From positions 192,001 through 256,000 of the forward strand of contig CAXXTU010000002.1 of the NCBI GenBank assembly GCA_963662655.2: 64,000 bases of DNA, read 5' to 3'. Below the pieces are notes generated by a model. The model saw only the letters and a list, made by a program, of their open reading frames with translations, was not told the DNA's origin and did no database searches. Positions 17,908-27,812 of the stretch are shown piece after piece (within the stretch, counting starts at the first letter, position 1; each line of letters begins with the position of its first letter). Position numbers and translations under genes: made by a program. The DNA comes from Candidatus Cloacimonadales bacterium. GTDB lineage: Bacteria; Cloacimonadota; Cloacimonadia; Cloacimonadales; JAIOQZ01.

Positions 17908-20343
17908 GTGACAATGACATTGACTCAAGCTGGAAAATGGTTTATCAAAATGATCGTAGCGGGATTTTTTTTGCTAGCGATCCTCCCCCTGAATGCTCAA
18001 TCAAATCGAACCGGTAACATCGCGGGTCGTATCAAGGATGACGCCACGGAAGCGCCCATTCCGCAGGTCGCGGTGTTTATAGACGACGACGAAGCGTGGG
18101 GATTCTCGAATGAGAATGGCGAATACCTGATCAAGAATATCCCCGCCGGAACCCATCAGATCAGCTACAAGCGCGTGGGTTTCGAGCCTCGAACCAAAAT
18201 CAATGTTCTCATACAGCCCAACGTAACCCAGACGATCAACGTCGAGATGAAAGTCCAGACGCTGAAGATCGAGAAGTACACGGTTACCGGCGAAACGTTC
18301 TTCCGCGAGCCGGAAGACGCGCCAGTCAGCGCAAAAACGCTCGACATCGAAGAAATCCGCACGCAGCCTGCCGGGGCTTACGACATCCAGCGAGCGGTGC
18401 AGGTTACGCCGTCCGTGGTGTCGGGTTCCGACGCGATGAACGAGATCATCATCCGGGGCGCGAACTACGGAGAGAACCTCTTCGTGCTGGACAATATTGA
18501 ATTGCAGAACCCCAATCATTTTGCCTACCCCAATTACGGCGGCGGTCCCGTTTCGCTGATCACGCCGGAGATGGTGAAGGAACTCACGCTGTACAGCGGT
18601 GCGTTCCCCTCTCGCTACGGCAACAAGGCGTCCTCGGTTCTTGATATCCAGACACGCGACGGGAACGAGAAGGAGTATCAGATGATGGTCGATGCGAGCC
18701 TGACGGGCTACGGCGGCCACGTGGAGGGGCCCATCACCGACAAGAGTTCGTTCCTCGCATTCTATCACCACGGCTTCCTCAACCAGATTGCCGATGAGAT
18801 CGGCTTGAACGCAGACCCCGACTATCAGTCTGTATATGCCAAGGAGACCGTGCGGCTCTCTCCAACGAACAAGCTTACCTTCACGCAGCTTTGGGCGGAC
18901 AACTATGTGGAGGTCGCGCATGACGATTCCTCGGGATTCTCTTCGAGCGCAGATGGGGAAGATGTCTATCTGAAATCGGGCCAATATATGTTTGGCGCTA
19001 CATACAAGAAAGTATTCCACGGTCATTACTCGTTATATACGATCTACAACAGCCATCGCTGGTGGGATCTGGAGACCTATCTCGAAGGCGAGAAGGACGA
19101 CGAGCACCTTGCCACCGAATATATCGCGGACGAGAACCGGCTGGGCTTCAAGTACTCGCATTTCCTGCCCGAGACCTGGATCGGCAAGCTCGAACCGGGC
19201 GTTGCCATCGTTTACGACTACATCGATTCGGATCTGTATTTCAGGCCGGATACGACGTTTGTCTATGACTCGGACGGGACTATCGTCGATACGCTCAATG
19301 TGAACGGATTCGGCGAAGGTGCGATTGACTGGAGCAAGAAGGAATTCAACACCATGCGCTACAGCGGGTACCTGCAATGGGACAAAAGTTTTGGCAGGCT
19401 GAATGTGACTGCCGGTGGTCGTGTGAGCTATTTCGATTACACGGACGAGACGACCTTCGCTCCGACATTCGGATTGAAGTACCGCGTTACCGATTTTTCC
19501 AACCTGCGATTCGGATTGGGCAGATATTATCAGACGATCGACAACCTTGCGCTCTCGTACGACGACCGGAACAAGGATCTGCGTTCGAAGCAGGCGGATC
19601 ATCTTGTGCTCGGATGGGACGCTCTCCTTTCGGAGGCGGCATTGCTGCGGATCGAGACCTACTACAAAGAGTACGACAATTGCTTTGTCCGAGAGCATGA
19701 GACGACGGTGGATTCGCTTGACTGGTCGAGTAGAACGCTCAACTCCGGCGATGCATACAGCTATGGTATCGAGACCTTCATACAGAAGAAGTTGCAAGAC
19801 AACTGGTTCGGGTCGATCGCTTATTCATGGTCGAAGGCTTTTATCAAGGATTATCGATATCCAGACAAGGAAGTCCCCTGGGATTTCGATTACCGTAACG
19901 TGCTGTCCGTCGTAATGGGATACCAGTTCGACTTCCTGCAATACGACTGGTATCTGGATAATCGCGACTGGATGTTCTGGCTGGGATTCCTGTCCGTTCT
20001 ACCGGCAGATCAATCCGAGATTTCGCTAAAATTCCGCTATATGGGTGGACGTCCCTATACGGAGATGACGTATTCCGATGCGTCGCGGAAATGGTATTTC
20101 GATGCCGAAACCCAGCAGAACGGCGGGAGATTGCCCGATTACAAGCGCTTGGACTTGCATGTACATCACCACTGGCTGCGCGACAATATAACGATCGAGT
20201 ACTATTTCGAGATCGACAATCTCTTCAATCGCAAGAACGTGTGGAGCTACAATTTCAACGACAATCCCGATGGGACGCATAGTCGCGAAACGGTCTACCA
20301 GTGGGGACGAACGTTCCTGGCTGGTATAAAAATTGGATTTTAA
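17908..20343 (+). CDS. TonB-dependent receptor with N-terminal carboxypeptidase-regulatory-like domain
   Basis: GNIAGRIKD, IIIRG, GAFPSRYGNKASSVLDI plug, NLFNRKN, C-terminal GF; start codon uncertain. Confidence 0.9.
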   Translation: MTMTLTQAGKWFIKMIVAGFFLLAILPLNAQSNRTGNIAGRIKDDATEAPIPQVAVFIDDDEAWGFSNENGEYLIKNIPAGTHQISYKRVGFEPRTKINVLIQPNVTQTINVEMKVQTLKIEKYTVTGETFFREPEDAPVSAKTLDIEEIRTQPAGAYDIQRAVQVTPSVVSGSDAMNEIIIRGANYGENLFVLDNIELQNPNHFAYPNYGGGPVSLITPEMVKELTLYSGAFPSRYGNKASSVLDIQTRDGNEKEYQMMVDASLTGYGGHVEGPITDKSSFLAFYHHGFLNQIADEIGLNADPDYQSVYAKETVRLSPTNKLTFTQLWADNYVEVAHDDSSGFSSSADGEDVYLKSGQYMFGATYKKVFHGHYSLYTIYNSHRWWDLETYLEGEKDDEHLATEYIADENRLGFKYSHFLPETWIGKLEPGVAIVYDYIDSDLYFRPDTTFVYDSDGTIVDTLNVNGFGEGAIDWSKKEFNTMRYSGYLQWDKSFGRLNVTAGGRVSYFDYTDETTFAPTFGLKYRVTDFSNLRFGLGRYYQTIDNLALSYDDRNKDLRSKQADHLVLGWDALLSEAALLRIETYYKEYDNCFVREHETTVDSLDWSSRTLNSGDAYSYGIETFIQKKLQDNWFGSIAYSWSKAFIKDYRYPDKEVPWDFDYRNVLSVVMGYQFDFLQYDWYLDNRDWMFWLGFLSVLPADQSEISLKFRYMGGRPYTEMTYSDASRKWYFDAETQQNGGRLPDYKRLDLHVHHHWLRDNITIEYYFEIDNLFNRKNVWSYNFNDNPDGTHSRETVYQWGRTFLAGIKIGF

Positions 20344-20415
20344 ATCAATTACATCAATTTTTGTTGACAGGATCGTTTTACTATTTCATCGTATCTTCAA
20401 TCGATGGAGGAATAT

Positions 20416-21885
20416 GTGAGAAAGTATGCTTTGATCGGCCTTCTGGCCTTGTTAACGATTCATTTGTTTGCCCAGGGTTACGACCAGTGGAATTATCCGA
20501 GATTCAGCGGAGTGCAGGAAGACGATACGATCATGATTCGTTGTGAAGCGAGCTTGCAGACGATGGTTCTGAATCTTGTCGAGGGTGAAGTGAACGAAAC
20601 GAACATGATTCAGAATGGCCCGGGGATCGAGACCTTTTCCGCCAATGTTCCTGCTCCTGCCGGCGACGACAAGTATTTTGGATTCAGGATCGTTGGTGAG
20701 AACGAGAATTTCGCGTTGCCGGTGTATTATCCATTAGCCGACATGCCTCCGGCATCGAGGATTACCAAGCTTGCGGATGACGATCCCGACGATTCGCTTC
20801 TCGACGACGCGAACATGGAGATCGTAGCGGATTACGCCACGTTCTCGAACAACCATCTGATTGCTTCGATCGAGAATGCAGGTGGGGGCTTCCCTACGTC
20901 TGCCGGCTGGACTTTCTTCACATACTCATTTGGGATACTGAATCCCCTGGATCCGGAGACATTCCCGGTGTTTGCGATGGTTTATACGGTGAATCAGCCG
21001 GGCATCATGCAGCCGGGGCTCTATAAAATGGTTGGCGATAGCGGATTGGACGATATGATCATGATCGGCGATATCGTGACCGAGGTTGATGCTGCGAACA
21101 ATCGCCTTTCGATGTATTGCGACTGGCAGGATCTATTGGATGACGACGATTTCACCAGTTGGTTCGATCTGGAGAATCCACACATCCTTTGCGGTTCCAT
21201 GACTGCGGAGTACTCGATTACACAGGGTATGGTCAACGCCGACAACGGAATAGGCACGCACCTCTATCCGAGGGCGTTCATAATAGAACCATTTACAAAC
21301 ACAATGCCGCAACTTACCGACATTCATCTGATTCAGGAAGGCGAGCAAGCCTATATCGAGCTCAACTACTCGGATGCCGAGAGCAATTTCCCGATTCTGG
21401 CAGAGGTCGAGGCCGAAGGTGTGACTCGAAGCTTCTATCCGATGAGCTACGACTACACAGAAACGGTTGCGTTCCGCTCGGAGAATATTGCCGATCTGAT
21501 CAGCGGAAGTGGCGGATTCAGCGGCGAAATCAACTTCAGCGACGACAACATTCATTTTGCGACGGAGTACCTCATGGATGTCGATGCCGGAGATGTTCAT
21601 GGTTTTACACGCACGGATTTGATGCCCAACATGCCGAATCCATTCAACCCGAACACCGAGATCAACTACAGCCTGGCTCAGGATTCTCATGTTAATCTTT
21701 CCATTTACAACAGTAAGGGGCAGATTGTTCGAGAGCTGGATTCCGGTCACAAGAAGACGGGCATTCACAGTGTGTCCTGGGACGGCCTGGACCGGAAGGG
21801 TCATTCGGTTGCCACGGGTGTGTACTTATACATACTCAAGACGGATTCCGAGAAGATCGTACGCAAGATGCTTCTTCTCAAGTAG
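20416..21885 (+). CDS. Secreted acidic protein of unknown function with C-terminal T9SS-type sorting domain
   Basis: GGAGG RBS before GTG 20416; signal peptide; PNMPNPFNP...VATGVYLY...KMLLLK. Confidence 0.85.
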   Translation: MRKYALIGLLALLTIHLFAQGYDQWNYPRFSGVQEDDTIMIRCEASLQTMVLNLVEGEVNETNMIQNGPGIETFSANVPAPAGDDKYFGFRIVGENENFALPVYYPLADMPPASRITKLADDDPDDSLLDDANMEIVADYATFSNNHLIASIENAGGGFPTSAGWTFFTYSFGILNPLDPETFPVFAMVYTVNQPGIMQPGLYKMVGDSGLDDMIMIGDIVTEVDAANNRLSMYCDWQDLLDDDDFTSWFDLENPHILCGSMTAEYSITQGMVNADNGIGTHLYPRAFIIEPFTNTMPQLTDIHLIQEGEQAYIELNYSDAESNFPILAEVEAEGVTRSFYPMSYDYTETVAFRSENIADLISGSGGFSGEINFSDDNIHFATEYLMDVDAGDVHGFTRTDLMPNMPNPFNPNTEINYSLAQDSHVNLSIYNSKGQIVRELDSGHKKTGIHSVSWDGLDRKGHSVATGVYLYILKTDSEKIVRKMLLLK

Positions 21886-21901
21886 GTTTTTCCAACTCTT
21901 C

Positions 21902-21930
21902 AAGCCCTCTGCGAAATCAGGGGGCTTTTT
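21902..21930 (+). terminator. Intrinsic terminator
   Basis: aagccctctg-cgaaat-cagggggctt followed by Ts. Confidence 0.75.
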
Positions 21931-21948
21931 CATAGTTTATCGTCTATC

Positions 21949-22078
21949 GGCGTGGCATCTTCGCCCGATCCCTCGCTCCATCGTGGATATACCACACCCT
22001 TGCAGGAAAAAGGGGATAAGGTGGCAAGGGTGTGAAACACCACGATTCCGCTGACGATCGAACGAACCTCCTCACACC
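21949..22078 (-). repeat. Rod-like palindromic repeat family, copy 3 (130 bp, inverted)
   Basis: ggcgtggcatcttcgcccgatc...atcgtggatata-c-cacacccttgc...gcaagggtgtg-aaaca-ccacgat...gatcgaacgaacctcctcacacc. Confidence 0.85.
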
Positions 22079-22091
22079 TGTTTGCTGAATG

Positions 22092-22119
22092 AAAAAAGGC
22101 TACCTTATCGGGCAGCCTT
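22092..22119 (-). terminator. Probable terminator of the aminotransferase operon
   Basis: aaggct.cc/gg.agcctt stem with A-run on +. Confidence 0.55.
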
Positions 22120-22140
22120 CAGTACAAAGAGATACTACAA

Positions 22141-23340
22141 TTATCGATTCATGTAAGCTTCGAGGGCTTTCTTGAAGATATTCATCGCCTTTCGGAGGTC
22201 GTTTTCGTTGAGGATGTACGCCAGGCGTACTTCGTCCTTGCCGAGTCCCGGAGTGGCGTAGAAGCCTTGCGCAGGAGCTACCATGACGGTTTCGCCGTCG
22301 ATCTGGAAATCTTTCATCATCCAAATAGTGAAATCTTCCGCGTCTTCGATGGGCAGCTTTGCGATGATGTAAAACGCGCCTGTGGGCTTGCGGCAGATGA
22401 CGTTGTCGATGCTGGTGAGTTCTTCGTAAACGATGTTTCTGCGCTTATCGTATTCCACCAGGATATCCTGGAAATACTGTTCCTCGATATCGATGGCCGC
22501 GTTGGCAGCGAGCTGATCGATGGTGGGAGGGCAGAGCCGTGCTTGCGCGAACTTAAGAACTGCGCTCATGAGTTCCTGATTGCGACTGATAATGCAGCCG
22601 ATGCGAGCGCCGCACGCGCTGTAGCGCTTGGAGATGCTGTCGACCATGATGGCGTGTTTTTCCATTCCCGGAATTTCCATGATACTCGTGTGCTTCAGGC
22701 CGTCGTAAATGAATTCGCGGTAGACTTCGTCCGCGATGATGTAGAGATCGTTCTTCCTGGCGATTTCACAAACGCGTTCGATATCTTCGCGGCTGTATAC
22801 CGCACCGGTTGGATTACCCGGATTGCAGATCATGATTGCGCGGGTTCTGTCGCCAATCTTGCTTACGATCGTCTCGTCGTTCGGGAGTGCGAATCCGTCT
22901 TCAGCGTAGGTGGTAAGCGGGACGATGTTCACTCCGGCTTGCGTGGCAAAACCGTTGTAGTTGGTGTAGAACGGCTCGGGGACGATGATTTCATCGCCTG
23001 GATTGCATGTTACCAGCAGTGCGAAGATGATCGCTTCGGAACCTGCCGTGGTAACGATGATCTCCGTCTTGTCTGTTGTTTCGAGATTGATGTTGTGGCG
23101 TTTATAGTAGCGAACCAGATTCTTGCGGTACTCGAGAAGTCCCTGAGAGGGGCCGTACGCCAGAACCTTGTCCTCGTAGTTAGAATAAACGTCGAGCATC
23201 GCTTTTGGCGTTTCGATATCGGGCTGGCCGATATTCAGATGGTAAACGTGGATGCCGGCATTTTTCGCCTCGGTAGCGTAGGGATAGAGCTTGCGGATGG
23301 GTGATTCCTGCACCTGAAGAGCTCGTTGTGATACTTTCAT
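22141..23340 (-). CDS. PLP-dependent aminotransferase class I/II (aspartate aminotransferase-like)
   Basis: LNIGQPD, NPGNPTG, DEVY, SISKRYSACGARIG. Confidence 0.92.
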   Translation of the reverse strand: MKVSQRALQVQESPIRKLYPYATEAKNAGIHVYHLNIGQPDIETPKAMLDVYSNYEDKVLAYGPSQGLLEYRKNLVRYYKRHNINLETTDKTEIIVTTAGSEAIIFALLVTCNPGDEIIVPEPFYTNYNGFATQAGVNIVPLTTYAEDGFALPNDETIVSKIGDRTRAIMICNPGNPTGAVYSREDIERVCEIARKNDLYIIADEVYREFIYDGLKHTSIMEIPGMEKHAIMVDSISKRYSACGARIGCIISRNQELMSAVLKFAQARLCPPTIDQLAANAAIDIEEQYFQDILVEYDKRRNIVYEELTSIDNVICRKPTGAFYIIAKLPIEDAEDFTIWMMKDFQIDGETVMVAPAQGFYATPGLGKDEVRLAYILNENDLRKAMNIFKKALEAYMNR

Positions 23341-23355
23341 AACGTACCTCGCAGT

Positions 23356-24051
23356 TCAAATTTTATTTTCATCTGGCAGGTTTTTCAAGCGGTTGATTCT
23401 TGTCAACTCTGTCATGGCATTTTGTACGAGATTATATTTCCCAGTGATGTCTTCTTTGTTTTCGATGTAGATCGGATCCCCGTAACGGATACGGATACGG
23501 GCAAATAGCTTCGGGAACCGGAAGCGATCCCAGGAACTGAATTCGTAGACCCGATCGACGTCCATCACAATGGGAACAAGGGGCAGCTTTGTGTAATACG
23601 CGAGGAAGAGCGCGCCCTCTTTCACGACATGCGCGGGGCCTTTCGGTCCGTCGGTAACGATGAGCACGGAGCGTTCCTTCGCAACGCGGATGATCTCCTT
23701 GGCTGCCTTCATGCCGCCGCGCGCCGCCGAGCCGCGAATCGCCTTGAATCCGAACATCTCGGATGGCGCGGTTATGTAATCGCCGTCCTTGGAGTGAGAG
23801 ACCAGAAACGCTATTCCTTCGAACATCCTCGAATACATTGCAAGAATATTCTGGTGCCAGAGAAGGAAGAGCGCGTGCTGGCTCTTGTCTTCATTGACGC
23901 GCTCGATTTTCCAGGTCAGCCCGTACAGATAGATAAAAGCCGTTCCAAGGTAGCGTAGCAAGAACACGATGAATTGGTGAAATGCGTTACTGCGGGTTAT
24001 GCGTCGGAGAAGACCTTTCTTCTTTTTCCTCTTGGATCCTTCAGACATCAA
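23356..24051 (-). CDS. DUF374 / lysophospholipid acyltransferase family protein
   Basis: WH, SHSKDGD, IRGS, DGPKGP motifs; adjacent to lpxB. Confidence 0.85.
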   Translation of the reverse strand: MMSEGSKRKKKKGLLRRITRSNAFHQFIVFLLRYLGTAFIYLYGLTWKIERVNEDKSQHALFLLWHQNILAMYSRMFEGIAFLVSHSKDGDYITAPSEMFGFKAIRGSAARGGMKAAKEIIRVAKERSVLIVTDGPKGPAHVVKEGALFLAYYTKLPLVPIVMDVDRVYEFSSWDRFRFPKLFARIRIRYGDPIYIENKEDITGKYNLVQNAMTELTRINRLKNLPDENKI

Positions 24052-25207
24052 TCCAGCTCGAATCTTTGAGGAGTTTCAGCGCGATCTGCGCCGTTTCTTT
24101 TGATGCTTCTTTCTCACCGAGAATGTTATGGATGTCTCTCAGGCGGCTTTTCATTTCGTTGTAGAGGTCGCTGTCGTCCAGAAATTCCATGATTTTCTGG
24201 TGAATCGTCTTGCCGTTAACCTGATCCTGAATCAATTCGGGGATCACGTCGTCGTCGAGGATGATGTTGGGCAATCCGATGCGTTTGATCTTGATCAGCC
24301 GTTTGCCGAGTTCATAGGAAAGCCGGCTTGTTTTGTACACGATGATGAACGGCGTACCGATGAACGCGGTTTCGATGGTCGCGGTTCCGGATGTGACCAC
24401 CAGGAAATCGCAGTGCTGCATCATGGAGTAATTGCCCTTCTCGACGAGTTTGAATTTCCGTAGTTTCTCCTGCTTCAGCATGAGCATGTAGGTTTCCGTT
24501 GAAATATTGCTGGTGGTGGAGATGAGAAACTCGTACTCCTCTGGATCGAACCGTTTGATCGCCTGCAAGAAAGGCGGTAGCATCTTGGTTACTTCGATCT
24601 CACGACTCCCCGGAAAAAATCCCAGCCATTTCTTGTTCATGTCTAGATTGTGGGACCTGGCGAACTGCTCCTTCGTGTTATCCACGGAGATTTCTTCCGC
24701 GATGGGATGCCCCACGTAGGTGCAATTCACGCGGTGAATATCGAGGAGCTCTTTCTCGAAGGGAAGGATCACCGCTACGTGACGGGTGTAGTCCTTGAGT
24801 TGGTGCACCCGTTTGTGCTTCCACGCCCAGAACTGTGGGCTGATGTAGTAGAGGACGGGGATCCCCAGGTTGTCCGCCATTCTGGCGATACGCATGTTGA
24901 AGCCCGGGTAATCGACGAGAACGACGAGGTCCGGCGGGCTTTTGGTGAATTCCTTTCTGATCCTGTTTTCGACCTTCATGAAGAAGCCGATATGTTTGAT
25001 AACCTCCACGAATCCCATCACCGCAAAACGATTGAAGGGGTAAAGCGGCTGGAGCCCCTGCTTCTGCATGAGCGGACCGCCGATGCCCAAATGGTAATAT
25101 TTATACAGCGAGCCATTCAATGCCTTGAGGACATTGGCTGCGTGGAGATCGCCCGAGCGTTCGCCGGCAATCCAGAAAATCTTCTTGGTTTCGAGATCGA
25201 CTGACAT
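24041..25207 (-). CDS. lpxB: Lipid-A-disaccharide synthase
   Basis: AGERSGD, VDYPGFN, SPQFWAW, ILPFE, YVGHP, PGSR, SGTAT. Confidence 0.95.
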   Translation of the reverse strand: MSVDLETKKIFWIAGERSGDLHAANVLKALNGSLYKYYHLGIGGPLMQKQGLQPLYPFNRFAVMGFVEVIKHIGFFMKVENRIRKEFTKSPPDLVVLVDYPGFNMRIARMADNLGIPVLYYISPQFWAWKHKRVHQLKDYTRHVAVILPFEKELLDIHRVNCTYVGHPIAEEISVDNTKEQFARSHNLDMNKKWLGFFPGSREIEVTKMLPPFLQAIKRFDPEEYEFLISTTSNISTETYMLMLKQEKLRKFKLVEKGNYSMMQHCDFLVVTSGTATIETAFIGTPFIIVYKTSRLSYELGKRLIKIKRIGLPNIILDDDVIPELIQDQVNGKTIHQKIMEFLDDSDLYNEMKSRLRDIHNILGEKEASKETAQIALKLLKDSSWIDV

Positions 25208-25357
25208 GGTGTGAACATGAAAACCTCATGATAAATTGTCCAGAAAAATCACGAGCCTCTCCTTTTGTCCGGCTGCAAAGAATTATCGAAAAAATGCTGG
25301 ACATACTTGGGAAACTCGTTTCTGCTTTATACATGTAGAAAAAAAAGGAGGAACAAG

Positions 25358-25561
25358 ATGAAATCTGTAATGGAACTGAATGAAGAGCAACAGGGGTCTG
25401 CGGTTATCGTGATACCCAAGATCCGCGAGATATTCAAGAGCTTGGGCAATGTCGTACTGGTATTCGATAATGGTGATCGACGGACGATCGATACAAACGA
25501 CGCGAACGCCTTGATACAAGACATGATGAGGAAAATCGAGCTTTATTATACAACGACGTAA
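25358..25561 (+). CDS. Small hypothetical protein (67 aa)
   Basis: AGGAGG RBS before ATG 25358; co-oriented with the DUF362 gene. Confidence 0.65.
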   Translation: MKSVMELNEEQQGSAVIVIPKIREIFKSLGNVVLVFDNGDRRTIDTNDANALIQDMMRKIELYYTTT

Positions 25562-25622
25562 ACCTTTTCCCGAACAAAGTAACTCGGGAAATCATCAACT
25601 TTTCACAAGAGGAGTATGAGAA

Positions 25623-26630
25623 ATGGGGGAGAGCAGCGTATTTTTTACGAAGGATATCACCGCAGACGGCGTGATGAGACTGGTCGAAAAACTCGAGGAT
25701 AAAATTACCGGCAAGGTGGGGGTCAAGGTACACTTCGGGGCGGCCGGGAATCAGTATTACCTGAAGCCGGAACTTTCGCGGAAATTGATCGAAGCTTTCG
25801 ACGCGACCTACGTGGAGACGAATGCGCTTTACGTTGGGGAGCGTCGCTATACGGATAGCCATCTCGAGGTTGCCCGGGAGCACGGCTTCGACTTCGCGCC
25901 GATCGATATTCTTGATGTGGACGGCTATATCGAGATCCCCGTTAACCTGAAGCACTACAAATCCGTACGGGCTGCATCGCGGATCGACAACTACGACACG
26001 TTCATCGTGTTCAGTCATTTCAAGGGGCACACGATGGCAGGATTTGGCGGGGCGTTCAAGAATGTCTCCATGGGCATGGCAGCGATCGCCGGGAAAATGG
26101 CGATGCATGCTTCGAGCATTCCGATATACCAGCCGGAGAAATGCGTCTTGTGCGGCGCTTGCGTCAGCAACTGCCCGGGAGACGCGATTACCATTGATCC
26201 GCTGAAGATCGATCCTGCGAAGTGTATCGGCTGCGGCGCGTGTATCGGGATTTGCCCCGTACACGCTTTCTCCATTCCGTGGGGATCGACGGCCAATGAG
26301 CCGTTCATGGAGCGCCTGGTGGAATACACCTACGGCATCGCGAAAGGCCGCAACATGATCTACCTGAACGTTCTCAAGGATATCTCGCCCGATTGCGACT
26401 GCATGCCGAATGCGAGAAAGCCGTTTGTCCACGACATCGGCATCGTTGCCTCGACGGACATTGTCGCGGTCGAGCAAGCGAGCCTCGATCTGGTGAGCAA
26501 GCATTTCTCCGACGGAAAGCACGATGCGTTCGAGAAGCATGTCGGGCACAGCGGTTTACGGCAGATCGAGTATGCAGAGGAACTGAACATGGGGAGCAGC
26601 GCGTATCGGTTGATCGAGATCGATTCGTAG
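25623..26630 (+). CDS. DUF362 family Fe-S protein with 2x[4Fe-4S] ferredoxin domain
   Basis: KVHFG, SHFKGH, GFGGAFKN, CVLCGACVSNCP, CIGCGACIGICP, CDC, D.VAVEQAS. Confidence 0.9.
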   Translation: MGESSVFFTKDITADGVMRLVEKLEDKITGKVGVKVHFGAAGNQYYLKPELSRKLIEAFDATYVETNALYVGERRYTDSHLEVAREHGFDFAPIDILDVDGYIEIPVNLKHYKSVRAASRIDNYDTFIVFSHFKGHTMAGFGGAFKNVSMGMAAIAGKMAMHASSIPIYQPEKCVLCGACVSNCPGDAITIDPLKIDPAKCIGCGACIGICPVHAFSIPWGSTANEPFMERLVEYTYGIAKGRNMIYLNVLKDISPDCDCMPNARKPFVHDIGIVASTDIVAVEQASLDLVSKHFSDGKHDAFEKHVGHSGLRQIEYAEELNMGSSAYRLIEIDS

Positions 26631-26690
26631 ATTGCTTTGCGAAATGGATTGCTTTTCACGCCCTGAAGTTTCGGGGCGTTTTTTACAGGA

Positions 26691-27788
26691 TCAAACCTCC
26701 GCTTTTACAACGAAGAACATTCCCACGATTGCAAAAACGATATTGGGCATCCAGGCTGAGAACGCGGGAGACAGGACGCCGTTGTACCCCAGACTCTGGC
26801 TAACCCGCTGCGCCGAGAGGTACATGAAGCATATAACCAGCCCGAGCAGGAAGATAAGACCGCGTCCCTTGCTACGGGTGGATGTGGATGCCAGCGGTAC
26901 GCAGAAAAGCAATATGATCAGGTTGGCGAAAGGAAACGATACCTTGTAATGGAGGTCCACAAGCTCCTTGCGGTAGCTTTCTCCAACCTTTTTCAGTCGA
27001 TTGATGTAGTCTCTGAGCTCGAAAAAATTCATCGACATGGGTTCCTTCGCGCTCTTGATGAAATCGAGAGGCGTGGCGTCGAGTTCTTCGACGATTGTGG
27101 ATGGGAAGTACTCCGTAAGCGCTCCAATCTCCTTACCTTCGTGATCGAACCGGCGAATGTAGCACTCTTCGAGCACCCATTCCTTGCCGTCCCAGCTTGC
27201 TCTGGCTGCTGTGATCTTCCGGCTTATCGTCCCCGATTGATGATCGAAGGTCGTGATATCAATGGTCTTGAGATTGTTGCGGTAACCATCGAAGTAACCG
27301 ATGTAGTAGAGGTTGTTCTCCGTCCCGCGGTAGTAGATATTGCTGCGCATCTTGATGTCTTCAATCTTGCGATGCTTGATTTTTTCGGTATAAACGTACT
27401 GCCGGATGGCCTCGGTTCTCGGCAGGACAAACTCGCCGAAGACCATGACGAACAGGCTGAAGAAGAGTCCGAACCACAGGATGGGGGACACCATGCGCAA
27501 GATGCTGAGTCCCGCTGCGCGGATGGCGATGGACTCGTTGTATTTGGAGAGCGAATTCATCAGAAAGAGGCCGCTGAGAAGCACTGCGACCGGCGATGTC
27601 AGCACGAAAAGGTAGGGGATGCGCGACGCGAAGTAGATGATGGTGTCGCGAATCTCCGCATTATAGCGCAAGAGGCGCGGAAGTCTGTCGAAGATGTCCA
27701 CGACGATAAATATCACCGAAAAGGAGGCGGTGATCACCAAAAGCGTTATCAGGTATTCCCGCAGGATGTATCGATCTAATATTCTCAT
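26691..27788 (-). CDS. lptG: LPS export ABC permease (LptF/LptG family)
   Basis: ILDRYI, NESIAIRAAGLS, 3+3 TM helix layout, AWMPN. Confidence 0.8.
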   Translation of the reverse strand: MRILDRYILREYLITLLVITASFSVIFIVVDIFDRLPRLLRYNAEIRDTIIYFASRIPYLFVLTSPVAVLLSGLFLMNSLSKYNESIAIRAAGLSILRMVSPILWFGLFFSLFVMVFGEFVLPRTEAIRQYVYTEKIKHRKIEDIKMRSNIYYRGTENNLYYIGYFDGYRNNLKTIDITTFDHQSGTISRKITAARASWDGKEWVLEECYIRRFDHEGKEIGALTEYFPSTIVEELDATPLDFIKSAKEPMSMNFFELRDYINRLKKVGESYRKELVDLHYKVSFPFANLIILLFCVPLASTSTRSKGRGLIFLLGLVICFMYLSAQRVSQSLGYNGVLSPAFSAWMPNIVFAIVGMFFVVKAEV

Positions 27789-27812
27789 GAGCCGCTTTAT
27801 ATTTGCAGGCGA

